NCBI GenBank assembly: GCA_052055015.1
Contig: JBQJIT010000030.1
Length of the DNA: 49,790 nucleotides
DNA from: Malassezia furfur
Taxonomy: Eukaryota
Reading direction: 5' to 3' (one strand)
This document shows positions 10,089-20,361 of the stretch, one piece after another. The notes under the pieces were generated by a model that was not told the DNA's origin, searched no databases, and was given only the letters and a program-made list of their open reading frames with translations. Within the stretch, counting starts at the first letter, position 1; each line of letters starts with the position of its first letter. A program made the translations under genes and the position numbers.

Positions 10089-11140
10089 ATGCTCGGAGTG
10101 CTTCGCATCGCGGCCGCGCGGCCGCTGCTGCGCGTGGGTGTGCGCTCGATGCACACGACCGCCGTGGCGCGCGCACAATCGCTTGGTCCGCAGAACCCTG
10201 CACCGGAGCGCGTCAAGCCGGCGTCGCCTGCGTACTTCACCACGAAGCCGTCGTACATCGACACCTTGCAGATGCTCGACCAGCTCACGCGCGAGGTCAA
10301 GCGCGAGCTGGAGCAGTCGTACATCCTCCCTCTCAACTCGAAGCCGCCCCCTCTTCCGCAAGGGCCGACGAATATTTGGATCACGCGCGAGGTGCTGCAC
10401 AGCCGCCTCGGTATCAACCTGCGCGCGTCGCAGTACCGCAGCGTCATTTCGCGCCTGACGCTCCTGCTGCGGTACCGCGCGCTGGTCCTGGAAAACTTTA
10501 CGGATGCAAAGGCTTCGGCGTTTGCGGAGCGCAGCACCACGCACCAGCGCGAGCTCGCGTCCAAGGTGGAAGAGGTGTTTGGCGCCTTTATGAGCACGCA
10601 CGGCAAGGCGCAGGATGCGCAGGAAAAGCGCACCACGCCGCTGCGCACCTCGACGCGGGGGTACATTGATGAGCAGGGCCGCGCGTACGCCCGCGGTCGC
10701 CGGAAGGAAAGCAGCGCACGCGTTTGGCTTGTGCCGGCCAAGGACGCCGAGACGACGCTCGGCGCGGTCCTGGTGAACGGCGCGCCGCTGAGCCAATACT
10801 TTACTCGCACCCAACACCGTGAGCAGGTTGTGTGGCCGCTCAAGCTCGCAGGCGTGCTGGGGCAGTACAATATCTTTGCACTGACGCGCGGCGGCGGGCA
10901 GTCGGGCCAGGCGGGTGCCATCGCGCACGGCATCGCCAATGCGCTCGTGGCCCAGCTCGCGAGCATGCCCGGTGACGAGGCAGCGACCGTGCACGAGCAC
11001 GTCAAGCACTTGTTGGCCAAAGGTTCGTCCTCCCACACACTCACACAGATGGCATTCTCAACCGCGACCCGCGTATGGTCGAGCGCAAGAAGCCGGGTCT
11101 GGCCAAGGCGCGCAAGGCATTCACCTGGGTCAAGCGTTAG
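10089..11140 (+). CDS. MRPS9: Mitochondrial ribosomal protein uS9m; 26-nt intron 11023-11048
   Basis: [12 protein letters not shown] and [15 protein letters not shown] motifs. Splicing restores the canonical C-terminus [25 protein letters not shown]. Confidence 0.93.
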
Positions 11141-11165
11141 TGGCAGCTATGCATCCATCTATAGC

Positions 11166-11825
11166 TCAAAGCATTCTCCGCTTCTTGGGGCGCACGCCGC
11201 CGATCTTGATGGGGGTCTTGTCGGTCATTACCTTGATCATGTTGCGGACCTGTTCGCCCTCGCTTGCCATGATCGCACGGAACACGGCCTCACGGCCCTG
11301 ACCGAAGCCATTCCAGAGCACCTCGATGGAGTTGATCCGCCATCGCGCCTGGTTTTCACTGATGCGCGAAAAGACGCGCAGCGCCGCGCGGTAGCCGGCC
11401 TCGTAGCCAGACCGTCCCGCTTTTTTGAAGCCGACCGTGCCGCCGCTCGCGTTGGCCAGCGGCTCACCCGTGGGCATGGTCAGCGTCACGATGGTATTGT
11501 TGCGCGTTGACTGCACGTGCAGACGGTGCGGCGCATTCGATTCGCGCGGCGGTGGCGGCACGGGCTCCGACTCGGTCACCGTCTCGGTTGCCGTGAATCC
11601 GGGCAAGGAGAACTCGACGGCGGACTCGAGCGAAACGCGCTCCGGCTCCCCCTCCTTGGCCGCGGGGGCATCCGGCTTCGCCTCGGGCGCCGCCGCACTC
11701 GCGTCAGTGTCGGTCGGTTGCGATGCGGCAGGGTCCCGAACGCTGTGCGCATACCGAGGCATCTGCACAAGTGGGGCGCGCGGCACACGCAGCGCCGCGC
11801 GCAATCCCTGGGCCATTCGAAGCAT
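11166..11825 (-). CDS. MRPS18: Mitochondrial ribosomal protein uS11m (yeast Mrps18)
   Basis: HVQSTRNNTIVT, SGGTVGFKKAGR, GFGQGREA and DKTPIKIGGVRPKKRRML (uS11 signature), preceded by a presequence-like N-terminus. Confidence 0.9.
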   Translation of the reverse strand: MLRMAQGLRAALRVPRAPLVQMPRYAHSVRDPAASQPTDTDASAAAPEAKPDAPAAKEGEPERVSLESAVEFSLPGFTATETVTESEPVPPPPRESNAPHRLHVQSTRNNTIVTLTMPTGEPLANASGGTVGFKKAGRSGYEAGYRAALRVFSRISENQARWRINSIEVLWNGFGQGREAVFRAIMASEGEQVRNMIKVMTDKTPIKIGGVRPKKRRML

Positions 11826-12042
11826 CGTCGTCAAAGGACGAAGATTTGCAGTGCCGGCGGCAACCTACTAGGCTGGTCGTGTGGAGTATTTACGTGGGCC
11901 GCCCGAGGTCGACGCTGGGACCACGTCGTTGCCGGTGCTGCGCGGTGCCGTACGGGCCTTCTCAGCCGCGCTTCAGGCAGTATGTATATACCAGAACCGA
12001 CATCTACTTTGCATGGTCATGCTACGACCGGGTATAACGGCA

Positions 12043-12379
12043 CTAGTCGACGGTGACGCCCCGCTCGCGCAAATAGTCCTTGGCCGTCTTGATGTCCTGC
12101 GGTAAGTCAACGTCGCTACGCACAAGCAAGAGGTCCTCGTGCGCCTGAGGCACATCGTTGAAGTGGAAGATGCCCCAGCCCACGCTGAAGAGCAGGTACG
12201 CGCCCGTGCTCACCAAAACCCACCAGGGAAGCTGCGTTAGCAAAGTTTCGTACCGTCGGCAAGATCTCATCCGCGACCGACTTGGACAGCAGAGGAACTG
12301 GAAGGATCCCGAGCAAGAACACAAAGTAAATCAGGGCTGCAATGCCCGTAATAGCTGCAAAGCGCGTAGCCCGCGTCAT
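12043..12379 (-). CDS. DPM3: Dolichol-phosphate mannosyltransferase subunit 3; introns 12232-12253 (22 nt) and probably 12097-12123 (27 nt)
   Basis: The spliced product MTRATRF...ILPT|LPWWVLVSTGAYLLFSVGWGIFHFNDVPQAHEDLLL|DIKTAKDYLRERGVTVD matches the DPM3 pattern. Confidence 0.9.
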
Positions 12380-12468
12380 GGTCGTCGCTGCGGAGCCGAT
12401 GCGACCCTCCGCACCTCCTCCACACGCTCGGCCGAAGAACGCGCGCGGCGCGACGCGTTGGTTTCGGC

Positions 12469-13818
12469 ATGACGTCCAAGTGGACGAGCAACGCGAACGA
12501 GGCGACGTGCCTGCGCCTTGCCGGTGCGCCCGCACCAAACGACGCTGTATTTCACCCGGAATTCACCTATCCTATTTTCGGCGATGCCGAGACGATCTAT
12601 GGATACTCTGACTTGCACATCCGCCTGTCCTTCGCGTCGGGTCGCCTAACCCCCGCGCTGGACGTGTCGTACAAGGCGAAGAACACTACAACGGCCGCAA
12701 AGATCGACGACGTGCGTGCCACCATGCTTGAGTATCTGCCTGAAGAGGATCTTGTCTCGCCAGATGCACTCAACGAGCTCGCGGCTGCCGACGCGCGCGG
12801 CGGCAGCGAGTCCTTCCGCCCGCATGGTGAGCGCGTCGCGACCTACCAGCGCAGTGCCAAGCCCAAGGGACGCGCATCTCTGGGATCGCTTTTTAGTGCG
12901 CGTGCGCGCTCGAGCTCCGCGCCGAAGCAGCGCGAATTCGACATCTTCCACGCAACATGGGATACGCCGGGCTTCCGGGAATGGCATGCGCGTGCACAAA
13001 TCTTCACCCTGTTCTTCATCGAGGGTGCGTCGTACATCCAGAGCGACGAAAACAACTGGGAGTTTTATACCTTGTTTGAGCGCGTTGCCGGCGAGCAGGG
13101 TGATGCGTATCACTTTGTCGGCTTCACGTCGCTCTACCGCTTTTGGTGCTGGCCGGGGAAGACGCGGCTTCGTCTGAGCCAGTTCCTTGTGCTTCCGCCG
13201 TACCAGCGTCAAGGACATGGCGCTGAACTGTACAATACCGTGTTTGGACGCATGCTCGACGACAACGATGTGTGTGAACTAACCGTCGAAGATCCGTCCG
13301 AGGCCTTTGACGGACTGCGCGACGCGTGCGATCTTGCACGGCTTACGGCGCCTGACGGCCGTTTGGCGCAGGCCATCGCCGACGGGCATTTGCGCCCACC
13401 GATCAACCGTACGTGGAGCGAAGCCATGCGTGCCGAATACAAAATCGCGCCTCGGCAATGGGCACGCATGCTGGAGATTCTTGCGCTGAAGCACCTCGAC
13501 CAAACGGATGCTGCCGCGCTGCGAGCATACCGGCTGCAGGTCAAGGCGCGTCTTTTCCGCAAGAACCGCGAGGTGCTCTTGCAGCTTGACAAGGTGCAGC
13601 GGCTGGAGAAACTGCACGAGACGTTCGAGGCGGTGGTGGACGAATACGCCGAGATGACCGGGGTCGAGCTGGCCGACGCCCTGCTCGAGGCACCCGTGCC
13701 TAGCCTCGAGGACAGTGTGCCGGAGCTGCCGCCCATGGCCAAACGCGCTGCCGCGGCCGTGATCGAGCACGGCGACGATGACGACGATGAGCCACGCAAG
13801 GCACCACGTGTGCAATAG
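12469..13818 (+). CDS. HAT1: Histone acetyltransferase type B catalytic subunit
   Basis: WTSNANEA, FHPEFTYPIFGDAETIYGY, FFIEGASYI, RLRLSQFLVLPPYQRQGHG and ELTVEDPSEAFDGLRD motifs. Confidence 0.95.
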   Translation: MTSKWTSNANEATCLRLAGAPAPNDAVFHPEFTYPIFGDAETIYGYSDLHIRLSFASGRLTPALDVSYKAKNTTTAAKIDDVRATMLEYLPEEDLVSPDALNELAAADARGGSESFRPHGERVATYQRSAKPKGRASLGSLFSARARSSSAPKQREFDIFHATWDTPGFREWHARAQIFTLFFIEGASYIQSDENNWEFYTLFERVAGEQGDAYHFVGFTSLYRFWCWPGKTRLRLSQFLVLPPYQRQGHGAELYNTVFGRMLDDNDVCELTVEDPSEAFDGLRDACDLARLTAPDGRLAQAIADGHLRPPINRTWSEAMRAEYKIAPRQWARMLEILALKHLDQTDAAALRAYRLQVKARLFRKNREVLLQLDKVQRLEKLHETFEAVVDEYAEMTGVELADALLEAPVPSLEDSVPELPPMAKRAAAAVIEHGDDDDDEPRKAPRVQ

Positions 13819-13828
13819 CGCTGTATGA

Positions 13829-15221
13829 CTACATAGGCGGCCGCAGTACGGCCACATGGATACAGTGTCCATCGCCTTCCCACCCGAGCGGCGTGTCGCT
13901 GACCTCGCCAATGATGGCAGCGCCCTCTGTGGGTGCGGTGCCTCGTTCCTGGGTAGGGGCCACGCTCGAGTAGGCTTGTGGGCCCTTGGCAGCGTATGCG
14001 GCCCGGAACTTTTGCATCTGCATGCGCTCCAAAGTCTCGGCCACCCAGTTGACGTTGGTGAGTTGGGTCAGGTCATGCGCGCGGTGCGGCACCAGGCAGC
14101 GCTTGACGTCGGCGTACGTTGCCTCCGTGCCACGACACTCGCGGATCACGCGGGGATACGACGTCAGCACGGCCCCAGGCTGGTCTGTCCCGGAAGATGC
14201 AGAAGCAGGAGAGACGCTCGGCGCCCCCGGCGGAATGGGCTCGCCGTCGGCCGGCGCAAACGAGCAGTACATCCGCGTATCGAACACGCGGAACATGACG
14301 TCATCCACGCGCAGGAAAAAGCGTTGGAGCACAAGAAACTCTTGAGGCATCACACGCTGGGGTCAGAGGCGCACGTACCACTTTGACGTTGAGCATACTC
14401 GATCCATTGTCGCCTAGCTCATCCTCGTACAGCATCACGTCGTCGTAAAACAAGATGGGCTCACCGCTGTTGGGTCCCAAGCGTTCCACGGGGATCCGGT
14501 CGCGCGCCGGGTCCGTCGCAAGCTGAAAGACATCTTGCCACGGGTTGGCGCCTTGGTCGTGCGTACGGTCCGACAGCAACGGCGGCTGACTGGCGCCGGG
14601 CATGCCGGGCCATGTGTTGGAGTAGGTCCAGTCATACTTCTTGGCCTCGGTGATGTGCGACGCTGCGTCGTCGCTGTTTATCGCCGACTTGGCTGACGGC
14701 TGCAGGCGTCGCGATTCGCCCCACTCTTTGGCGTAAGCGACTTTGATCGCACTCTGCGAGGAGCGGCGGCGCTGCCGACCGTGTGGCGCCACAAGATCCA
14801 TGTCCACAGCGCAGTCAATACCCTTGTGGTGCACATCGGTGTGCACACCTTCGACACACTCCAGCGCACGGGTCGCATCGAAGCAGTAGCTAAAACCGCT
14901 CGGCGCATGCTGCAGCACAAGGGCGTTACGAGGGAACGGCATCTCTGGGGGCGTCACACCCAAGAGATCAGATAGTTGGTCTACTTCGACCGCATTGGCA
15001 ATGCTTCCATGCATCACAGTAATGGTCCATGGCCCAATTTGGATCCCCCGCTCCAAGACGCGGTCGGAGGGCGAGACGCCGGTCTCCGAGGCCACGCTCG
15101 ACTTCGGCGCACTGGCCTCATGCACGTTCTCAAATACGCGATGTTTCGGGCGTGCCTCCCTATCACCGGTTCCGCGACGCGCCCCCATGGACGGCATGAC
15201 TGACCCCGTCGGCCGCATCAT
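13829..15221 (-). CDS. TIP41: TIP41/TIPRL PP2A regulator (TOR pathway); 22-nt intron 14357-14378; start codon uncertain
   Basis: PEMPF, YDWTYS and PILFYDDVMLYEDELGDNGSSMLNVKV|RVMPQEFLVLQRFFLRVDDVMFRVFDTR motifs. Confidence 0.92.
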
Positions 15222-15582
15222 AAGGCACCGACGTGTCGTTTCCGTGGCTTGACCGCGACGCCCATCTCCACACATCACGTGCGAGGTGCGCCGCTCATCA
15301 CGAGTGGTGCGTAGCGATCGCGGCGCCATGCCGAGGCATGGGCCCTGCGGGATGATCACCTACACATTTATCTCAGCAAGAGAGCTGCTCACATGCGGCA
15401 CTCTATGGCTGCATCTTCTACACTTGATCTGACAGGCCCTGGCCTTCGAGCTCGCGGCGTTGTTGGCGGCGCTCCTGACGACTCGCTGAGTAAATAGTCA
15501 TGCTGAGATCAGCGTGCGTTAGCACGGGCCTACCCTGGGGTCAAGCCCGTGCACGGCGGACCGGTCTTGTTCCGTAGCCACA

Positions 15583-16382
15583 ATGAGCACTTCGAACAAG
15601 GCCTGCTGCACGCTTCCCCCGGTCCAGACGACCTAGTATGTTGTTCGAAATCCACTGGACTCGACTAACACATGCACAGCAAGCCCAAGGGCACGATCGA
15701 GAAGGTCGCTGGGATTGAGTCGTACGTCACCGGCGACAAGAGCTCCCAGACGGCGATTCTCTGCATCTACGACATCTTCGGTTTCTGGGACACCACCAAG
15801 CAGGGTGCTGACCTGCTTGCAGAGTCGATGAAGACCAAGGTCGTCATGCCCGACTTCTTGCGTGACCACCCGTGGCCGATCGACGCCTTCCCCCCTCGCG
15901 ACGAGGAGGAGGGCAAGAAGTTCGGTCAGTGGCTGGAGACCATCGGCAACGTCGGCGAGCGCGTCAAGGACGTGAAGTCGGTTGCCGAGGCGCTCAAGGC
16001 CGACGGCGTTAGCAAGCTAGGCCTGTACGGCTTCTGCTGGGGTGGCAAGGTCGCGAGCCAGCTGGCTGGTGCCAACTCGCCGTTCGCTGGTGTGGCCATG
16101 GTCCACCCTGCGTTCATTGCGCCTGAGGATGCCAAGAGCCTGACGGTCCCGGTGGCTTTCTTCCCGTCGAAGGACGAGCCGCAGAACGACGTGGACGGTT
16201 TCTGGAGCAACCTCAAGAGCGAGCACCCCGAGCTTGTGGAAAAGAGCCAGTTCAACCACTACAAGGAGAACCACCACGGTTTCGCGGCAGCGCGTGCCGA
16301 CCTTGAGGACAAGTCGAACTACTTTGCGTTCCAGGACGTCTACACGCGCCTGGCCGACTTTTTCTGCACGGTGTTCAAGTAG
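15583..16382 (+). CDS. Dienelactone hydrolase-family (Aim2-like) alpha/beta hydrolase, paralog 1; 44-nt intron 15636-15679
   Basis: N-terminal NKACCTLPPV..Y|KPKG, YDIFGF, nucleophile elbow GFCWGG, SKDE and HHGFAAARADL. Confidence 0.9.
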
Positions 16383-16391
16383 AGAGTAGTA

Positions 16392-16844
16392 TCACGGCAC
16401 TGGCTTCTCGTCTCCTTCCTCGATCTCGATCGTCTCACCTCCACGACCGTCGGAGTAGACGGAGCCAACGCGCACCTTGCCGTTCTTTGCACGTACGATC
16501 TCTTCAATGGTGCGCGGCTCATCGGCGCTCTCCGTAAACCAGCCGAGGTTATCGGCGATTAGGTGGCGGTTCTTGCATCCAGGACACTCGACCAAAACGA
16601 CCCCTTTGGTGTACGAGTGCTTGGAGAATTCGTGTGTCGAACGTGTGCCACAGTCAGGCACCGTGCACGTGAAGGTCAACTGCAGACGCGGCTGAACCTC
16701 GCCCACGGGCGTTTTGCTTTCCTCCCAGCGCCGTGCGCTCTGGTGGAAAGGTCGTGCGAACGGACGTGCATATGCTACTGGGGCGAAGCGCGGCACTGTG
16801 CGCACAGCCCGCGCCCCATTACGTAGGGCCAGAGCACGGATCAT
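16392..16844 (-). CDS. ZIM17: Mitochondrial DNL zinc-finger Hsp70 escort protein Zim17/Tim15/Hep1
   Basis: LTFTCTVPDCGTRSTHEFSKHSYTKGVVLVECPGCKNRHLIADNLGWF, with a presequence from ATG 16844. Confidence 0.93.
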   Translation of the reverse strand: MIRALALRNGARAVRTVPRFAPVAYARPFARPFHQSARRWEESKTPVGEVQPRLQLTFTCTVPDCGTRSTHEFSKHSYTKGVVLVECPGCKNRHLIADNLGWFTESADEPRTIEEIVRAKNGKVRVGSVYSDGRGGETIEIEEGDEKPVP

Positions 16845-16902
16845 GGTCGGGAGGGAACTCCACCTCCACGTGATTGGTTCCTCCACGACCGGTGTTGCGA
16901 GG

Positions 16903-19378
16903 ATGGTGGGTAGCGCCCATACGATGCCGGTCCAGCCGGACCCGCGGCAGCGCGGGCAGGTGAAGCTGGAGGCATTGCGTGGAAGCTCGATGGACGTGTC
17001 AAGTCGCATCCAGATATACCATCTCCTTGGGCTTCTCTTGACCAAAACACTCGTCGCATCATCTGCCTGGCTGACACGCCAATGGCTACTGGTGCCGCAA
17101 TTCGACCTGGAGACATTCCAGCTTCAGATGCATGACATGCTGGGTGGCAATTCATTAGCATCCAAGGATGCGACCCAAGCGGCGTCAAAACTCGCCGTGC
17201 ACTCCCCCGCCAGCGTCTGGGCCGTGGCGACTATGGCGACGTCGCTCGCGTCGATCATCCTCATGCTGACCTTCCGCGTCTGGCGCTGGAAAATGAAATG
17301 GAACGAAAAGACTGCGCAGCACTTGGCTGTGCTCGCGGTGTTACTCTTCATACAGTTGCTACTCTGGCTTGTCGCCCTACGACACCTGGGTGCAACCACC
17401 GTGTTGATCTTTACCCAGTTCTGTGAGGTATGGGTGCGCGACTTGCAAATTGGCTGGCGGAATAACACCACGCGAAGCACGCCTGTGCTTTTCGCGCTGG
17501 GGCTCATGTTTTTGGTGTCGGCCATTTCGGGGTCGGCTGTGAGCATCCGTCGCCCTTTTGGTGATGTTCTGGACGAGTCGGCTATGGAGGCGCTGCGGAT
17601 CACCTCGCGGCTCCAAGACTCGATTTCGCTAGGCAACCTATGCAAGGGGTACCTGTCACTCTGTGCCTATGCGCTGCTTACGGTCGAGTCGGGCCGTGCT
17701 GCATTCGTTGCCTCTCGTGAGACCGGTGGAAGGCGCCGCGCCATTATTTTAGCCATTGCGTTGTCGGCAGTGGTGGTCCTCCCGCTATCTTGTGTCGGAG
17801 CTGTGCTGGGCTACAACATGCTTCCCGCTCCTCTCGTTCCTGGCCGACAACTCACTCCACAGGACGCCTTCGAAATCAGCCATCTGATTGCCTACTGGGT
17901 GTTGGCGGTGGGGCTTTTGGTGTGCGACACGCTGGTGACGCTCACGCTGGAGTCGTATGTGACACTCTACGCACATGCGGCGCATGCGTGGCCTATGGCC
18001 ATCGTGGCAGTGATGGCCATCGGGTTTGGTGTGTTTAGCATCAATTTGGGCTGGACACAACTACTTGCAGGGCTGTGCGTTGGGTTTGCACTGCACATGG
18101 TGCTGAAACGTTCGCCGTTGTTCCTTACCTCTTGGTATCGGAACCGTGCGTATAGCACCTCTGTCGAAGAGCAGCGTATGGCGACACAGGTGGCAGGCTC
18201 GGATACAACGGCCATCTCCGAGGCCATGCAGCTCAGTTACCAAGTGGCAGTTCAGCTCCGCGCCATGATTCGCGCGATTCTCGCGAACAGTGACTCGCGG
18301 CGTATTTTCCTTTTCTTGTGCCTCAACCTTGCATTCATGGGTGTGCAAATGCTCTGGGGCGTATGGACCAACTCATTGGGGCTGATCAGTGATGCGATCC
18401 ACATGTTCTTTGACTGTGCAGCCATTTTCATGGGCCTCATTGCCAGTGTGATGGCTTCCTGGAAGACAGACGATCGCTTCCACTATGGTTACAAGCGCGT
18501 CGAGACGCTGTCTGGCTTTGCGAATGGCATCTTCCTGGTGCTCATCAGCGTCTTTATCTTGTTTGAAGCCGTGCAGCGTATCATTGAACCACCCGTGATG
18601 AATAACATGACGCAGCTCTTGGTGGTAAGCACGCTGGGTTTGCTGGTTAATCTCTTCGGCATGTTTGCAATGGGTATGTGTCTCAACCTAACACAGGCCA
18701 TCATCATCATGGGCACAGCCATGGGCACAGCCATGGCCATGATCACGGGCATGATCACCATCATGGCCATAGCCATGGCCATGACCACAGCCATGATCAT
18801 CATCATCATGACCATGGTCATTCTCATAACATGCTGGGACTGTATTTGGTATGTTTTCCTACTAACCACAGCATGTCATGGCGGATACGCTCGGCTCTGT
18901 GGGCGTGATCATCAGTACGATCCTGATCCACTATTTCCACTGGACCGGATTCGATCCTATCGCCTCTCTCTTGATCGGGCTGATGATTCTGGGATCGGTG
19001 GTGCCGTTGGTCATTGACTGCGGCAAGATCCTATGCCTCGATTTAAGTTCGACCGATACCAGTGCTGTTGAACACGCGCTGGCGAAAGTGACTGCCATGC
19101 CCGGCGTTCGCAGTATCTCTGCTCCTCGCTTTTGGCCCCTGGACGGAGGGTCGCTGATTGGCTCAATTGTATGTTCTGCGCTCGGACCACTTACCGTGCA
19201 GCATGTCCAGACCGAGTCCGATACCCACGGAGAGCAAAGTGTTCACACCCACATTTCCTCGACAATGGATCCAGCAAAACTGGCACTGGAAGTTGAGGCC
19301 TTACTCTTGCACGAGATTCCTGGTCTGGAGTCCGTCACTGTACAGGTGAATACGCTGGACGAGGTCCATAGCCAATGA
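16903..19378 (+). CDS. MSC2: CDF-family ER/Golgi zinc transporter (Msc2/Cis4/ZnT5-like); introns 18674-18696, 18849-18871 (23 nt each) and probably 19169-19201 (33 nt)
   Basis: Long hydrophobic N-terminal region, then NSLGLISDAIHMFFDC, GYKRVETLSGFAN, a His-rich loop exon and NMLGLYL|HVMADTLGSVGVIIS. Start codon approximate. Confidence 0.88.
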
Positions 19379-19424
19379 TTAAGTAAACTTCCTTCCCATT
19401 GACAAAAATTCCCTCACTTCCACG

Positions 19425-20248
19425 ATGACGACATTGACTTCTCCTCAATGCTGCAAAATGCCACCGGTGGCCTCCGACTAGTGCGTGTGAATCCTAACAA
19501 AGTGTTCCTGTCGGTAAGACGGAAGAAGTCGCAGGCGTTCCATGCTATGTGACCGGCGACGCTAAAGCCACCAAGGCAATTGTAGGCATCTACGACATTT
19601 TCGGTCACCATCCGTCGACACAGCAAGGCGCGGATCTTCTGGCAGCTCTTACGGGATTCCGCATCTACATTCCCGATCTGTTTGAAGATGGCGGTTTGCC
19701 TCATCATATCATTCCTCCTGATACGCCTGAGAAAATGGAGACATTCATGAACTGTGCGTGTCGTCTTCTTACGCAGACCTTTCCGGTATCGCTAAGCCTG
19801 ACAAACACATCAAGAGCCTTACCGACATTGCCAATTACCTCAAGCAACATGGTGTGGAGAAGGTGGGCTTGTATGGACTCTGCTGGGGCTCGAAGCCAGG
19901 AGGTGCGTGGCCCGTGCTCACCCAGTTCTCGCTTGTGGAAAAGACACTCCTTATTCGGCTGCAGTCCTTATTCACCCTTCTCTGATTGTACCTGAAGATG
20001 CTAAGAGTCTGTCGGTTCCCATTGCATTGTTCACTACCATTGAGGAAGACAACGATGCAATGAAGACGTTCCAGAGTAACGTCCAAGCAAACCCTGTTAC
20101 ATCAAGCACATTTGTTTCGAAGCACTACGGAGACATCAACCATGGCTTTGCCGGTGCGCGTGCCAACTTTGAAGACCCCAAGCATGTCGAAAGATTCAAG
20201 GAAGTGTACGAGAATACTGCCAAGTTCTTCCTGCAACACTTGCAATAG
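19425..20248 (+). CDS. Dienelactone hydrolase-family protein, paralog 2; introns 19481-19502 (22 nt), 19754-19776 (23 nt), 19903-19925 (23 nt)
   Basis: Spliced product has QCCKMPPVASDY|VPVG, YDIFG, QQGADLLA, GLCWGS, PEDAKSLSVPIALF and NHGFAGARANF. It is clearly homologous to 15583-16382. Confidence 0.85.
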
Positions 20249-20361
20249 ATGATAAGCTTGCAACGCGACATTAGATCCATTGTGCTTAGCTAAGCAGGCA
20301 GCGTGCTGCAGCGCATCAGGACCTGCCGTCGCGTGTTTGTGCACGCCCCACTCCGCGCTCC

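Noticed and set aside
11826..12042. About 215-nt spacer with some self-complementarity, considered as SRP RNA or an snRNA
   Set aside because: No Alu UGUAA motif, no helix-8 GNRA/AGCA signature and no Sm site. It is adequately explained as the DPM3 3' UTR plus the uS11m promoter.
18697..18830. CAT/CAC-rich repeat array giving Met-rich ORFs
   Set aside because: It is the coding His-rich loop of the CDF zinc transporter, not a CRISPR array or satellite.
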